A stretch of DNA of 64,000 nucleotides from an uncultured Solibacteraceae bacterium (GCA_963825405.1 CAWGTB010000012.1:121615-185614); one strand, 5' to 3'. Positions 1 to 10,381 are shown, counted from the first letter of the stretch. Program-made: numbers and translations. The notes: generated from the sequence alone by a model not told the origin.

Positions 1-182
1 AAGTAGGGTTGATGGCTGTAGCCGGCCACTTCCGCTCCATTGGCGAATCGCAAAGCGCCGCAGTTGGCGGCCTGGATGGGTCCGATCGCCGAGCGGCCGG
101 CGGCGAGCGAACGAGCGGCCTCATCCACCGTGCGGCCCAGCGCGCATATCGCGCCCATGCCGGTGATTGCCACCCGCTGCAT
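1..182 (-). CDS. beta-ketoacyl-ACP synthase (KAS I/II, FabF/NodE-like), N-terminal fragment cut by window edge
   Basis: Minus-strand ATG at 182 gives MQRVAITGMGAICALGRTVDEAARSLAAGRSAIGPIQAAN, a typical KAS N-terminus. It starts 4 nt after the ACP stop. Confidence 0.6.
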   Translation of the reverse strand, partial: MQRVAITGMGAICALGRTVDEAARSLAAGRSAIGPIQAANCGALRFANGAEVAGYSHQPY

Positions 183-186
183 TTGT

Positions 187-456
187 TTAGGTGGTGGCCG
201 TGGAGGGATCGGCCGGGCGGGCCGCCAACAACTTCTCCACGCCTTCCATCATTTCTCGGACGTTGCGGATTTGTTTGGCCGCCTCGTCCGGAATGGTGAT
301 GTTGAATTCGTTCTCCAGCGCGAACAAAATGTTGACCCCATCCATCGAATCAATACCCAACTCCTCAAATGAGCTGTCGATCGTAACCTTCTCGATCGGC
401 AGGCGCTGGGCAGTTGCAATTACACTTCGGACTTTCTGAATTAATTCCTCGGACAT
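187..456 (-). CDS. acyl carrier protein (stand-alone, specialised-ACP context)
   Basis: 89-aa acidic ORF with phosphopantetheine-attachment motif LGIDSMDGV. It overlaps the upstream deacetylase gene by 16 nt. Confidence 0.85.
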   Translation of the reverse strand: MSEELIQKVRSVIATAQRLPIEKVTIDSSFEELGIDSMDGVNILFALENEFNITIPDEAAKQIRNVREMMEGVEKLLAARPADPSTATT

Positions 457-1163
457 AGCAGTTGGCTAACGGTCTCCAGGCGATACCCTCTCGCCTTTAA
501 TAATGGAATCAGGCGGCCCACCGCCTGTAGGGTCTCTCCAATTTCCGGCTTGGGCTGAAGCTGGCGGCCATCGTGCAGGCAAATAATCGCGCCATTGCGG
601 ATGCCGCGCATCACCCGGTTGACGATGGCGTCCGCGGACAGCTTCCAATCGCGGCCGATCACGGTCCACATGACGCCTAACAGTCCGAGCTTGCGCTGGA
701 TGCCGCCAAGCCCCGGCCAGCGCGCTCCGAACGGGGCGCGAAACAACGTAGGCTTGACACGGGTGATTTTGACGATGCTCTCCTGCGCGCGCGTCACCTG
801 ATCCTCGATGAACCCGGAGGAACGAAGATAGAGCGGCGCGTGGCTATAGGTGTGATTCCCAATCTCATGACCGCTGCTCACCACCGCGCGCGCCACTTCG
901 CCCAGCCGCTCGACGTTGGCGCCGCATTGAAAAAAAGTGGCTCGCGCCTGATGTTCACCCAAAATTTTCAGCAGGTCTGGTGTGGATTCGCTGGGACCGT
1001 CGTCGAAAGTGAGCGCCACCGAATTTTGCAACGGCGACCCGCGGTAAACCGAAGATCCGAACAGGGAAGACGAGCGTGCCCGCACGCCGTACGCCATGAT
1101 GGCGCCGGCGCCGCACAACGCCGCAACAAAGCCCTCCGCGACCACTTCGGACATGCTCCGCAT
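441..1163 (-). CDS. polysaccharide deacetylase (NodB-homology / CE4 domain) with N-terminal membrane anchor
   Basis: Motifs TFDDGP, HEIGNHTYSH and LFRAPFG. Confidence 0.85.
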   Translation of the reverse strand: MRSMSEVVAEGFVAALCGAGAIMAYGVRARSSSLFGSSVYRGSPLQNSVALTFDDGPSESTPDLLKILGEHQARATFFQCGANVERLGEVARAVVSSGHEIGNHTYSHAPLYLRSSGFIEDQVTRAQESIVKITRVKPTLFRAPFGARWPGLGGIQRKLGLLGVMWTVIGRDWKLSADAIVNRVMRGIRNGAIICLHDGRQLQPKPEIGETLQAVGRLIPLLKARGYRLETVSQLLCPRN

Positions 1164-1179
1164 GGTAGCACAGGATGCG

Positions 1180-2985
1180 CTATTGGTTGCCGGAGAGATT
1201 GTCGTTCAGCTCCTTGATGCGGCGTACATCGAACTTCGGCTTGCGGTCGTAGGTAAACAGGCCGTTGACTTCCTGCTCGACGTCTGTCAATTGGGTATAG
1301 CAGATGCCGGCGAATGCAGGAATTCGGGCGATGGCCCGGTAAAGGCCGGCCAGCCGCTCGAGCGCCGCATCGGCGGTTTTCTCCACGCCCGCGTAGCCCC
1401 AGGACTCCTCCGGCACCTGATGTCCGGCCGGGATAAATGCGATGCCGCCGAACTCCGAGAGCAGAAATGGCGAGCCGTTGTAGGCATAGCCCGGCGCAAG
1501 CGCGGCCTTATGATTGTTCGGCACCGGCGCGCCTGCCTTGCCCAAGTCCTTGTAGCGTTCTAACAGCAACTCGCCGGTGCGGGTGTAGTCGTGCAGCGCG
1601 AACAGGTCGGTCATGTCGGTATGCTCCCAGCCTTCGTTGTCGATCACCAGGCGCGTCGAATCGAGCGAATGGGTCAGCGCGTACAGAGCTTTCAGGTGGT
1701 TCTGCTGGCGCCGGTCGGCCAGATCGGGCACGCCCCAGCTTTCATTGATCGGCACCCAGATGACGATCGACGGGTGATTGTAATCGCGGTCCACGGTTTC
1801 CATCCATTCCCGCGTGAAGCGTTCGGCGTAGGCGTCGTCGTAGAGATAGGCGTTGGCCATTTCGCTTGAAACCAGAAAGCCCATCTTGTCGGCCCAGTAG
1901 AGAAAGCGCGGGTCTTCCAGCTTCTGATGCTTGCGTGCGCCGTTGAAGCCCATGTCCTTGGCGATGCGGATGTCGAACTGGATGGCTTCGTCGGATGGCG
2001 GCGTCAGAATGCTTTCCGGCCAATAGCCCTGGTCCAGAATCATTTTGATATAGGTGGGCCGGCCGTTGAGGGTCATGCGGCCGTTGGCGATGCCCACTGA
2101 GCGGAAACCGAAGTACGACGTCACACGATCAAGCACCGCGCCGCCGCGGCGTAGTTCGAAGGTCACATCGTAGAGTTGCGGATCTTCGAGCGACCATAGC
2201 TTAGGATCGGCGACTACGGCCGCAATTGCGGAACGCTCTCCGTCGGCAGGGCCAGTTGCGGTTGCAACCGGCTTTCCACCGCTGCTCACTACCGCATGGA
2301 ATTCGAGATCGGAAGCCCCGCGAGCCAGTCGGGCGTCGAATCGGACATTGCCGTCCATGCCCGGCGTGATGCGCACACCGCGCAAATAGCTGTCGCCGGC
2401 GGCCTCCAGCCACACCGTCTGCCAGATACCCGTCGTGCGAGTGTAGAAAATGCGGCGCGATTTCAGCTCCCAAAATTGTTTGCCGCGTGGGATGTAGCGG
2501 TCGGTAGGCGGATCCTCGGCGCGCACAGTCAGCGAGTTCGAGCCCGCCTTCAGCAGGGGCGTCACATCGAATTGGAACGGCGTGTTGCCGCCTTCATGCC
2601 TTCCGGCGAGGCGGCCGTTCACCCACACGGTGGCCCGGTAATCGACCGCGCCAAAATGCAGCAGCACCCGGCGGCCTTTCCAATTCTCGGGCACGCTGAT
2701 GGCGCGGCGATACCAGACCCAGGGATGAAACGAGGTGTCGCCAATGCCGCTGCGGCCGCTCTCGAAGCAAAACGGCACGGTGATTTTGCGGGAGAATTTG
2801 GTGGCGCCCGCCGCCCAGTCCTGATCGAGGCCTTTGTTGGCGTCGTCGAATTCGAATTCCCAGCCGCCGTTGAGATTGACCCAATCGGCGCGCTGAAATT
2901 GCGGCTGCGGATATTCGGGGCGGGGAATTTCCTGGGCCGCCGCCATCGAAAACGCGGCCAGCGTGAGCAATACCTGAAATCGCAT
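1180..2985 (-). CDS. glycoside hydrolase family 2 (beta-galactosidase/glucuronidase/mannosidase class), secreted
   Basis: 601 aa. Signal peptide MRFQVLLTLAAFSMAAAQE. GH2 sugar-binding signature HFGAVDYRATVWVNGRLAGRHEGGNTPFQFDVT. TIM-barrel region NHPSIVIWVPINES. Confidence 0.8.
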   Translation of the reverse strand: MRFQVLLTLAAFSMAAAQEIPRPEYPQPQFQRADWVNLNGGWEFEFDDANKGLDQDWAAGATKFSRKITVPFCFESGRSGIGDTSFHPWVWYRRAISVPENWKGRRVLLHFGAVDYRATVWVNGRLAGRHEGGNTPFQFDVTPLLKAGSNSLTVRAEDPPTDRYIPRGKQFWELKSRRIFYTRTTGIWQTVWLEAAGDSYLRGVRITPGMDGNVRFDARLARGASDLEFHAVVSSGGKPVATATGPADGERSAIAAVVADPKLWSLEDPQLYDVTFELRRGGAVLDRVTSYFGFRSVGIANGRMTLNGRPTYIKMILDQGYWPESILTPPSDEAIQFDIRIAKDMGFNGARKHQKLEDPRFLYWADKMGFLVSSEMANAYLYDDAYAERFTREWMETVDRDYNHPSIVIWVPINESWGVPDLADRRQQNHLKALYALTHSLDSTRLVIDNEGWEHTDMTDLFALHDYTRTGELLLERYKDLGKAGAPVPNNHKAALAPGYAYNGSPFLLSEFGGIAFIPAGHQVPEESWGYAGVEKTADAALERLAGLYRAIARIPAFAGICYTQLTDVEQEVNGLFTYDRKPKFDVRRIKELNDNLSGNQ

Positions 2986-3103
2986 GGTTAAATCTTACCG
3001 AACACCGCTCCCTTTGGTTGCGGCTCTGTTAAGCGGATTGCGTCATCCCGATCTCACCAACGATCACACCAACATAGCCGCGACCATAGGAAGCGGTTCT
3101 CCA

Positions 3104-3997
3104 CTAGTCCACGAATATCCCCGCTGCGGTGCGAAATGTGTTGGCGTGGGCTTCGACGGTCAGTGCAATCGGTTCCGCATAGCCGCCTCCCAGCGTCGTC
3201 ACCAACGGAATCGCGTCGGCCCGGCAGGCTTCCATCACCAGTTCGTCGCGGGTCTTTAACCCCTCGTGGGTCAGCGCTAGGCGGCCCAGTCGGTCGCCTG
3301 TTAATCCATCCACGCCGGATTGATAGAAGACAATATCCGGCTGGAATGCGAACACGCGCGGCAGCACGCTCTCCACGGAGCTCAAATATTCGGCGTCACT
3401 TGTGCCATCTGCCAGATCGATGTCCACGCAGCTTTGCTGCTTGCGGAACGGAAAATTATTGCGGCCATGCACGGAAATCGTGAGCACAGCGGGATCATCC
3501 TGGAAAATGGCGGCTGTGCCGTCGCCTTGATGGACATCCAGATCGACGACGGCGGCCCGCGCGGCGCGTCCAGTTCGGCGGAGCGACAGGATCGCCACCG
3601 CGATATCGTTGAACACGCAGAATCCCGCGCCTTCCCCGCGAAACGCGTGATGGGTGCCACCGGCCAGATTGCCGCCGAAGCCACGGGACAGGGCATCGTC
3701 TGTCGCGGCTAGCGTGCCGCCGAGCGAAGCCAGCGTGCGCTGCGCCAACTCCGGCGACCACGGAAAGCCAATTCGCCGCATGGCCAGCGGGTCGAGCCCG
3801 CCTTCCAGAAAGCGCCGGACGTAATCCGGATCGTGAGCCAGCGCGATGGTTTCCGGATCGGCCAGCGGCGCGGCTTCCATCTGGAACAGTCCCTCGCCGG
3901 CCAGCAATTCCCGCAGGAGCCGGTATTTCGTCGCGGGGAACCTGTGCCCAGTCGGCAGCGGTATCGTGTACTGATCGCAGTAATAGAGGCGCAGCAC
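3104..3997 (-). CDS. histone deacetylase-family amidohydrolase (AcuC / acetylpolyamine amidohydrolase-like)
   Basis: 297 aa with HHAFRGEGAGFCVFNDIAVA and DLDVHQGDGT zinc/active-site motifs. Confidence 0.85.
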   Translation of the reverse strand: MLRLYYCDQYTIPLPTGHRFPATKYRLLRELLAGEGLFQMEAAPLADPETIALAHDPDYVRRFLEGGLDPLAMRRIGFPWSPELAQRTLASLGGTLAATDDALSRGFGGNLAGGTHHAFRGEGAGFCVFNDIAVAILSLRRTGRAARAAVVDLDVHQGDGTAAIFQDDPAVLTISVHGRNNFPFRKQQSCVDIDLADGTSDAEYLSSVESVLPRVFAFQPDIVFYQSGVDGLTGDRLGRLALTHEGLKTRDELVMEACRADAIPLVTTLGGGYAEPIALTVEAHANTFRTAAGIFVD

Positions 3998-4000
3998 TGC

Positions 4001-4633
4001 TCAGCGGCGCGTCAGGTCGCGAATGTAAATATCCTTGAAGCGCATGTTGCCTTTGCCGCCCGAGTGCAACTGCAGCGCGATCGCGCCGTCGAAAGATTTC
4101 GGCGTGGGATCGGTGAAGTCGACCACCACCACGCCATTCAGCATCGCCACGTAGCGATTGTTCTCGACCTTCAGCAGATAGTCGTTCCAGTCGTTGTGGC
4201 GCAGCACCATTTCGTACTCCGGAGCCGGCCAGACGATCCACTGCCGGCCATCGCCGTAGATGCCGCCGGTGTGGCCGACCACCTGGTCGATCTCGAATTG
4301 CAGGCCCTTCGATACGTCAGCCGTGCCCGGCTTGAAATCCGTGTGGAAGAAGACGCCGCTGTTGCCATCGCCCTCGCAGCGGAAACGCAGCGAGAGATGA
4401 AAGTCGACGTAATCCTTCTCGGTTTTCAGGTAGCCGTAATCTTTGGTGACGCCCTGTCCGTGAATGGTGCCGTCCTCAACCGTCCACTGTTCGTTGCCCA
4501 CCTTGACCCAGCCGGTAAAATCCTTGCCATTGAAAATCTGGACCCACTGCTCGTTGGGCAATTTCGCGCGCGTTCCCTGGGCGAAAACGGAAACGGCGGC
4601 CAGAAGCGTAAGCATGACGATGCGCATGTGCAT
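4001..4633 (-). CDS. DUF1080 (3-keto-disaccharide hydrolase-like) secreted protein
   Basis: Start chosen at MHMRIVMLTLLAAVSVFAQG (signal peptide) inside ORF 4001..4885. Contains FNGKDFTGW...NSGVFF...LQLH..G.MRFKDIYIRDL, the DUF1080 pattern. Confidence 0.8.
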   Translation of the reverse strand: MHMRIVMLTLLAAVSVFAQGTRAKLPNEQWVQIFNGKDFTGWVKVGNEQWTVEDGTIHGQGVTKDYGYLKTEKDYVDFHLSLRFRCEGDGNSGVFFHTDFKPGTADVSKGLQFEIDQVVGHTGGIYGDGRQWIVWPAPEYEMVLRHNDWNDYLLKVENNRYVAMLNGVVVVDFTDPTPKSFDGAIALQLHSGGKGNMRFKDIYIRDLTRR

Positions 4634-4650
4634 GATCCTCAAGATGTCAG

Positions 4651-5996
4651 TTATACCGCACCCAACTCGCGCTCGATAGCGCTGGCGATGCGGTTGCAGA
4701 ATTCTTTGACGCGAGGCAGGTCCGGGCCTTCCACCATGACGCGCGCCAGCGGCTCGGTGCCGGAGAACCGGACCAGCGTCCGCCCGGATGCGCCGAACGC
4801 ATCCTCGCAGGCGCGAATCTCGCGGGCAACGGCGGGTAGATCGGCCATCGGCTTGCGCTCGCGGATGCGCACGTTGACCAGGCACTGCGGATAAATTTCC
4901 AGCTCGCTTGAAAGCTCGTCCAGGCCAATGCCGGCGCGGTCTGCGATCTCGATCACCCGCAGCGCCGTGAGCATGCCATCGCCAGTGGTCGAGTATTCGC
5001 GGAAGATGATGTGCCCGGATTGCTCCCCGCCCAGCACTGCGCCCGCGCGCAGCATTTCTTCCAGGACGTACTTATCGCCCACCGGCGTCCGCAGCAACTT
5101 GATCCCGTGCTTTTCCAGCGCCCGCTCCAATCCCAGGTTGGACATGACGGTGGCCACGACCATGTCGCCCGGCAGGTGGCCGGCGGCTTTCAGCGCGCGC
5201 GCCGCCATCAGCAGCACGGCATCGCCATCCACAGTCTTGCCAGATGAGGAAACGAAAATCGCGCGGTCGGCGTCGCCGTCGAATGCCACGCCCACGCTGG
5301 CTCTGATTCGCGAGCACGGCTTCGCGAAGCGCTGCCGACGTGCAGCGCGCCGCAGTTCAGATTGATGTTGCGGCCGTTGGGCTCGCAACAAATGGCGGTG
5401 ACCTTGGCGCCCGCGCGGCGAAATAATTCAGGACCCAGTGCCGACGCCGCACCGTTGCCGCAATCGATCACGATGTGCGGGTTACGAAGCTGAGCCGCCG
5501 CGGTACCGAGCAGGGAATCGATATAGCGCTGGGCAAGAGTAGGATCGGCGCGAAGGGGCGCGTGAGCCGGTGTCGCTGCTTCCTCCAACAACGTGAAAAT
5601 CTCCTGCTCCATTTCGTGCTCTTGCTCGTCGGGAAGCTTGTAGCCGGAATGGCTGAAAACTTTCAGGCCATTGTCCTGGTAAGGATTGTGCGAAGCCGAA
5701 ATCATCACGCCCGCTGCGAACGTATCGGAGCGCGTCAAGGAAGCCACGCCAGGCGTGGTAATGACGCCGGCAAAGCGCGTCCGCACGCCGCGCCGGGCCA
5801 GCCCACCGGCCACGTGCTCGGCAATCCATTGGCCGGATTCGCGCGTGTCCATGCCAATGAGCACTTCGGGATTGGGATCGATATGGTGCAATGTGTCGGC
5901 CAGCGCGGTGCCGAACGCATAAACTGTAGCCGGGTCGAGCGGGTATTCCCCGGCGACGCCCCGAATTCCATCGGTTCCGAATAATTGTTTAGCCAT
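4651..5996 (-). CDS. glmM: phosphoglucosamine mutase GlmM, reading frame broken twice in this assembly (ORFs 5208..5996 and 4651..5391)
   Basis: N-terminus FGTDGIRG, active-site SASHNPYQDNG, metal loop FDGDADR, C-terminus RFSGTEPLARVMVEG. The conserved LREAVLANQ segment lies in the third frame between about 5330 and 5302. Confidence 0.9.
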
Positions 5997-5998
5997 GC

Positions 5999-6379
5999 CT
6001 ATTTGGGTTTTGCCACCAGATGGAATTGCAGCCGGCCCGGAATGGCGCGCACCAGGCGGATACCGCGCGGCAGCGACACGTTGCGCTCGTCGATGGAGAA
6101 AGTCCGGTCGCCGGCCTGCTGAACCCCGGAAAAATCCAGGATCACTGCCAGCTTGGCGTCGCGCAAGTCGCGCAGCCGTCCGGAGGGCCCGCGCAATTCC
6201 AGGCGCACGGTTTCGTCCACATTGGAGCCGATTTCCAGGTTTTCCGGCATCTGCTTGTACTCGACCGGCACGGATTGAAACGTCGAAAGCTCCGGTTCAT
6301 TCGACACTGAAATCCAGAGCAGCGTCGCGATCACCAGCGAGCCTGCCTTCCAGCCCAGATTTTGGGTCAACCATCCCAT
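5999..6379 (-). CDS. cdaR: YbbR-domain protein (CdaR-like regulator of diadenylate cyclase), short single-domain form
   Basis: 126 aa with an N-terminal TM helix and one YbbR-like beta-rich domain. It lies between cdaA and glmM with 1-nt and 2-nt junctions. Confidence 0.6.
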   Translation of the reverse strand: MGWLTQNLGWKAGSLVIATLLWISVSNEPELSTFQSVPVEYKQMPENLEIGSNVDETVRLELRGPSGRLRDLRDAKLAVILDFSGVQQAGDRTFSIDERNVSLPRGIRLVRAIPGRLQFHLVAKPK

Positions 6380-7212
6380 TACTGACGGCCGACTTTCTGT
6401 CCGTCGGCGACGCCGCCATCCACCACGACGGTTCCCTGCGCCGGCGCGCGCGGCGTAAGCGTTTTGCTGACGCCGAAATGCGCGTTAATCCGTTCGTCCA
6501 CTTCTTTGATGCTGAGGCCGCGCTCGATCTCGCCAAAAGTCGCGATGGAAATGTCGCCGGTTTCCTCCGAGGCCACCAGTGAAAGGCAATCGCTCTCCTC
6601 GGTGATACCGATGGCCGCGCGATGGCGCGTGCCCAGATTCGCCGGCAAGCCCGGGGCGGTCGTCAACGGCAGGAAACAGGCGGCTGCCGCAATGCGCCCC
6701 TTCTGTACGATGACCGCGCCGTCGTGCAGTGCGCTGCCGGAACGGAAAATCGAGAGCAGCAGGTCGGCGGAAACTTCCGAGTCCAGCCGCACCCCGCTTT
6801 CGACGAACGTGCGCAGGCCGATGTCGCGCTCCAGCACGACCAGCGCGCCAATGTGGTCCTGGGACAGCCGGCCGAGCGCCAGCAGGATTTCGTCAATCGA
6901 TTCCGGGCGCCGGAACCCGCGGCCGAACCAGCGCTTCCTGCCAATGCGCGCCAGCGTGCGCCGTATCTCGGACTGAAACAGAATGATCACCGCAATCGCG
7001 GTGTAAGGAACAATATAGGAAAGAACCGACCGCAGCGCTTCGAGTCCCGCCCAGATAGATATGGAGTACACCGCGAAGACTGCCAGAATGCCTACCAGAA
7101 TGTGCCCGGCGCGCGTGCCGCGCACAATCAGCAGCAACTGGTAGATGAGAAACGCCACCGCCAGGATGTCGATGACGGCTGTCACATTGAGCTTGGGTAG
7201 CGACGATAACAT
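6379..7212 (-). CDS. cdaA: diadenylate cyclase CdaA (membrane-anchored DAC domain)
   Basis: Three N-terminal TM helices. DAC motifs ALHDGAVIV and LGTRHRAAIGITEESD. Confidence 0.9.
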   Translation of the reverse strand: MLSSLPKLNVTAVIDILAVAFLIYQLLLIVRGTRAGHILVGILAVFAVYSISIWAGLEALRSVLSYIVPYTAIAVIILFQSEIRRTLARIGRKRWFGRGFRRPESIDEILLALGRLSQDHIGALVVLERDIGLRTFVESGVRLDSEVSADLLLSIFRSGSALHDGAVIVQKGRIAAAACFLPLTTAPGLPANLGTRHRAAIGITEESDCLSLVASEETGDISIATFGEIERGLSIKEVDERINAHFGVSKTLTPRAPAQGTVVVDGGVADGQKVGRQ

Positions 7213-7266
7213 CCTGTGTGCCCTATAGTTATCTTAGTCGATTGACGCCTTTGCTACCATGAAAAC

Positions 7267-7545
7267 GTGCCCAAGCCCAGCCTTGCCCATAAGGGAAGGC
7301 AATTTGTCCGCCATGTGGTCCCTGAAGTGCTGCGGCCCGCGCGCACGCTTTGGCATGAGGTGATCGGCTTCCTGTTTCTGGCGCTGGCAGCGCTGCCCAT
7401 TCCGGCGGGAATCCGCCAGGCGCGCGATTATGACGGCCAGCCGGGCACCATTTTTCGGCTGGCGATCACTGTCGCTTTTGTTCTGATTATGGCGGCTTAC
7501 GGCATCTCCTCTTTCCGCCGGGCGCGCAAAATATCCCGCTCATGA
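7267..7545 (+). CDS. small two-TM membrane protein, unknown function
   Basis: 92-aa ORF (GTG start) with two hydrophobic helices. Its stop overlaps the ATG of the mutase gene (ATGA). Confidence 0.45.
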   Translation: MPKPSLAHKGRQFVRHVVPEVLRPARTLWHEVIGFLFLALAALPIPAGIRQARDYDGQPGTIFRLAITVAFVLIMAAYGISSFRRARKISRS

Positions 7546-9041
7546 GCGATCTAAGCAAACCCGGCGAATTCCCCTTTACGCGCGGCCCTTATCCCGACAT
7601 GTATCGCGGCCGGCTCTGGACCATGCGCCAATACGCCGGTTTTGGTACTGCCGAGGAAAGCAACCGCCGCTACCACTACCTGATTTCCCAGGGAACTACC
7701 GGACTTTCTGTGGCGTTCGATCTGCCCACGCAGATGGGAATGGACAGCGATCATGCACTCGCAGCCGGCGAAGTGGGGCGCGTAGGCGTCGCGATCTCAT
7801 CGTTGGCCGACATGGAGTTGCTATTCCAGGGCATTCCGCTGGATACCGTTTCGACGTCGATGACCATCAACTCCACCGCGGCTATATTGCTGGCGCTTTA
7901 TGTGCTGGTTGCGAAGCGGCAGGGCGCGGATACCCGCAAGTTATCCGGCACGGTGCAGAACGACATTCTCAAGGAATATATCGCGCGCGGGACGTATATT
8001 TATCCGCCGCGGCAGGCCATGCGCATTATTACGGATTTGTTCGCCTGGGCCGGCCGCGAACTGCCGGAATGGAACACCATTTCGATTAGCGGCTATCACA
8101 TTCGGGAAGCCGGTTCGACGGCGGTTCAGGAAGTTGCCTTTACCTTTGCCAATGCCATCGCGTATATCGAGGCGGCCATGGCAGCCGGCCTGGACGTGGA
8201 CGCCTTCGCCCCGCGGCTGTCCTTTTTCTTTAATGCGCACATTGATTTTCTGGAAGAGATAGCCAAATTCCGTGCTGCGCGCCGCCTTTATGCGCGCCTG
8301 ATGAAAGAACGTTTCGGCGCGCGCAATTCACGGTCGCTGGCGCTGCGTTTTCACGCCCAGACGGCGGGTTCATCGCTCACCGCGCAGCAGCCGGACGTCA
8401 ACGTGGTGCGCACCTCGATCGAGGCGCTAGCTGCCGTGCTGGGCGGGACGCAATCGCTCCACACCAATTCACGCGACGAAGCGCTCTCGCTGCCTACCGA
8501 GGAATCAGCGCGCCTGGCCCTGCGCACGCAGCAAGTGATTGCGTACGAAAGCGGCGTCATCAACACCGCCGACCCCGTGGGCGGCAGCATCTACATTGAA
8601 AAACTGACGGACGAGATCGAACAAGGAGCGCGCGATTATCTGGTGCGCATTGACGCCTTGGGCGGAACATTAAAAGCGATCGAGGCTGGGTTTATTCAGG
8701 GCGAAATTCAAAACGCGGCCTTCGACTATCAGCAGGCCGTGGAGCGCGGGGAAAAAATCGTGGTTGGCGTGAACCGCTTCCGCATGGAAGAAAATCGCCC
8801 GCTCGCTACCTTTCGCGTGGACCCGGCCACCGAGCGCGCGCAAATCGACCGTTTGCGCCAGGTACGCGCCAGTCGCGACACCGCGAGCGTAACCCGCAGC
8901 CTGGACCGGTTGGAGCAGGCCGCCCGCGGAACGGACAACCTGCTCCCACTGATCCTGGAAGCTGCCGCGGTTTACGCTACTCTTGGGGAAATGTCGGACC
9001 GGCTCAAGTCGGTATTCGGAGAATACCGCGAAGCCGCGTAA
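7542..9041 (+). CDS. methylmalonyl-CoA mutase family, catalytic (large, N-terminal TIM-barrel) subunit without B12-binding domain
   Basis: 499 aa with [29 protein letters not shown] and [14 protein letters not shown]. The Tyr (RQYAGF) and Arg ([10 protein letters not shown]) residues are those expected for MCM rather than ICM. Confidence 0.85.
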   Translation: MSDLSKPGEFPFTRGPYPDMYRGRLWTMRQYAGFGTAEESNRRYHYLISQGTTGLSVAFDLPTQMGMDSDHALAAGEVGRVGVAISSLADMELLFQGIPLDTVSTSMTINSTAAILLALYVLVAKRQGADTRKLSGTVQNDILKEYIARGTYIYPPRQAMRIITDLFAWAGRELPEWNTISISGYHIREAGSTAVQEVAFTFANAIAYIEAAMAAGLDVDAFAPRLSFFFNAHIDFLEEIAKFRAARRLYARLMKERFGARNSRSLALRFHAQTAGSSLTAQQPDVNVVRTSIEALAAVLGGTQSLHTNSRDEALSLPTEESARLALRTQQVIAYESGVINTADPVGGSIYIEKLTDEIEQGARDYLVRIDALGGTLKAIEAGFIQGEIQNAAFDYQQAVERGEKIVVGVNRFRMEENRPLATFRVDPATERAQIDRLRQVRASRDTASVTRSLDRLEQAARGTDNLLPLILEAAAVYATLGEMSDRLKSVFGEYREAA

Positions 9042-9475
9042 GACGGCGCCACCGGGATCATCTGCTTGGCGCGCGGCTTGCGCTCCCGCAAGCCCAACTT
9101 GTAAATCAGACGGCCGACGTGGTCGCGATCATAACGCACGCCGAACTGGTTTTCGATGACGACCGCCAGTCGCGCCGTGGTCCAGCGATCGTCCGCGAAT
9201 CCGTGGACCGCGGGCTGCTCGCGATAGATTTGGGCGAGACGGTGCAGCTGGTCGGTAGTGAGACGGCTGGGCCGGCCCGTGGCTTTGCGCCGTTTGAGTG
9301 AATCGACGCCCTTTCCCGCTAGCGACCTGTACCAGCGTGATGCCGTGGTGCGGCTGACGCCAAACTTACGGGCGACTTTCGATTGGGAGAGTCCGTTAAG
9401 CAGTTCCCGCGCTGCTTCCAGACGCCTCCCTTCCATCTCCTCACGAGTGAGTGAGATCTGAGCGGCTATGTCCAT
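8972..9475 (-). mobile_element. IS630-family transposase N-terminal HTH fragment (no DDE domain), probably a relic or domesticated HTH protein
   Basis: Contains SQSKVARKFGVSRTTASRWY plus a second wHTH, WTTARLAVVIENQFGVRYDRDHVGRLIYKLG. Homology ends near 9050, and the last ~23 codons are antisense to the mutase 3' end. Confidence 0.55.
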
Positions 9476-9618
9476 TGCTTAAGCGGCGAGGCTGATTTCC
9501 AGAGCAATGTTAGGATACATTAAAACAATTCGTGTGTAAATTGTTTTTTGTGTCTTTTTTTTGGTTGCAGCGGAAACTTGCCGAAATCTCCGTTGAATTG
9601 CGTGGCCGCGGAGCGGGA

Positions 9619-10381
9619 TTATCGCTCGATAATCGGCCGCAGCGGCCGTACATAAATGTTGCGGAAGGCCACCGGGCCGTGATCGCCCTGTAACATGATC
9701 GGGTTCGCCGAGGCTTCCGGTATCTCCATGCCGGCGCGCGTCGGCCCGTCCACTGCCACATTTTCCTGCACGGAAAGCCCGTTAAACAGGACACGAATGA
9801 ACTTGGCGTTTTCCGTTTTCTTGCCGGCCGCGTCGAAGCGCGGCGCGCGGAACCGAGATCTGGTATGACTGCCATTCTCCGGGCCGCCGGCTGGCATTGC
9901 GGCTGGGGGCGGAGCCGCCCACGCCTTGTTCGTTGATCCAGCGATGATAAATGCCGCCGCCGTCGGAAGACTTCATCGGTTCGGTCGAACCCCAGCTATC
10001 GAACACCTGGACCTCGTAAAGCCCGCCCAGGTAGACGCCGGAATTCGATCCTTTCGAAATCATGAATTCGACGTACAGCTCGATATCGCCGAATTTTCCG
10101 TCCGTGACCAGGTTCACCGTTCGTCCGTCGGGACCGTTCAGGATGACGCCGCCCGGCTCAGGCCGAGCAAGCAGGTGGGTAGGCGCGAGCAGCCGCTCCC
10201 AGCGTATGGCAGTGGTGGTAAACCAGGTGCCCGGCTTTCCGCCATCCACGCCGTGCCAGCCGCCCACATCCCGTCCATTGATCAGCGGGGTCCAGCCGTC
10301 TTCCAGCAAATAAGGCGCGTCGCCATGGGCATCGCCGTCGTTCAATTGCACGCGCTGCTGGGCGGTAGCCGCCAGAGCCAT
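9619..10381 (-). CDS. DUF1080 secreted protein, frame broken near 9855 (ORFs 9782..10381 and 9619..9897)
   Basis: N-terminal part has GWTPLINGRDVGGW...NSGVYL. C-terminal part continues FRAPRFDAAGKK...LQGDHGPVAFRNIYVRPL in the +1 frame. Confidence 0.75.

Noticed and set aside
7213-7266. Cobalamin riboswitch upstream of the B12-dependent mutase operon, and a TPP riboswitch upstream of thiG (46700..46713).
   Set aside because: The available non-coding spaces (54 nt and under 15 nt) are far too short for either element.
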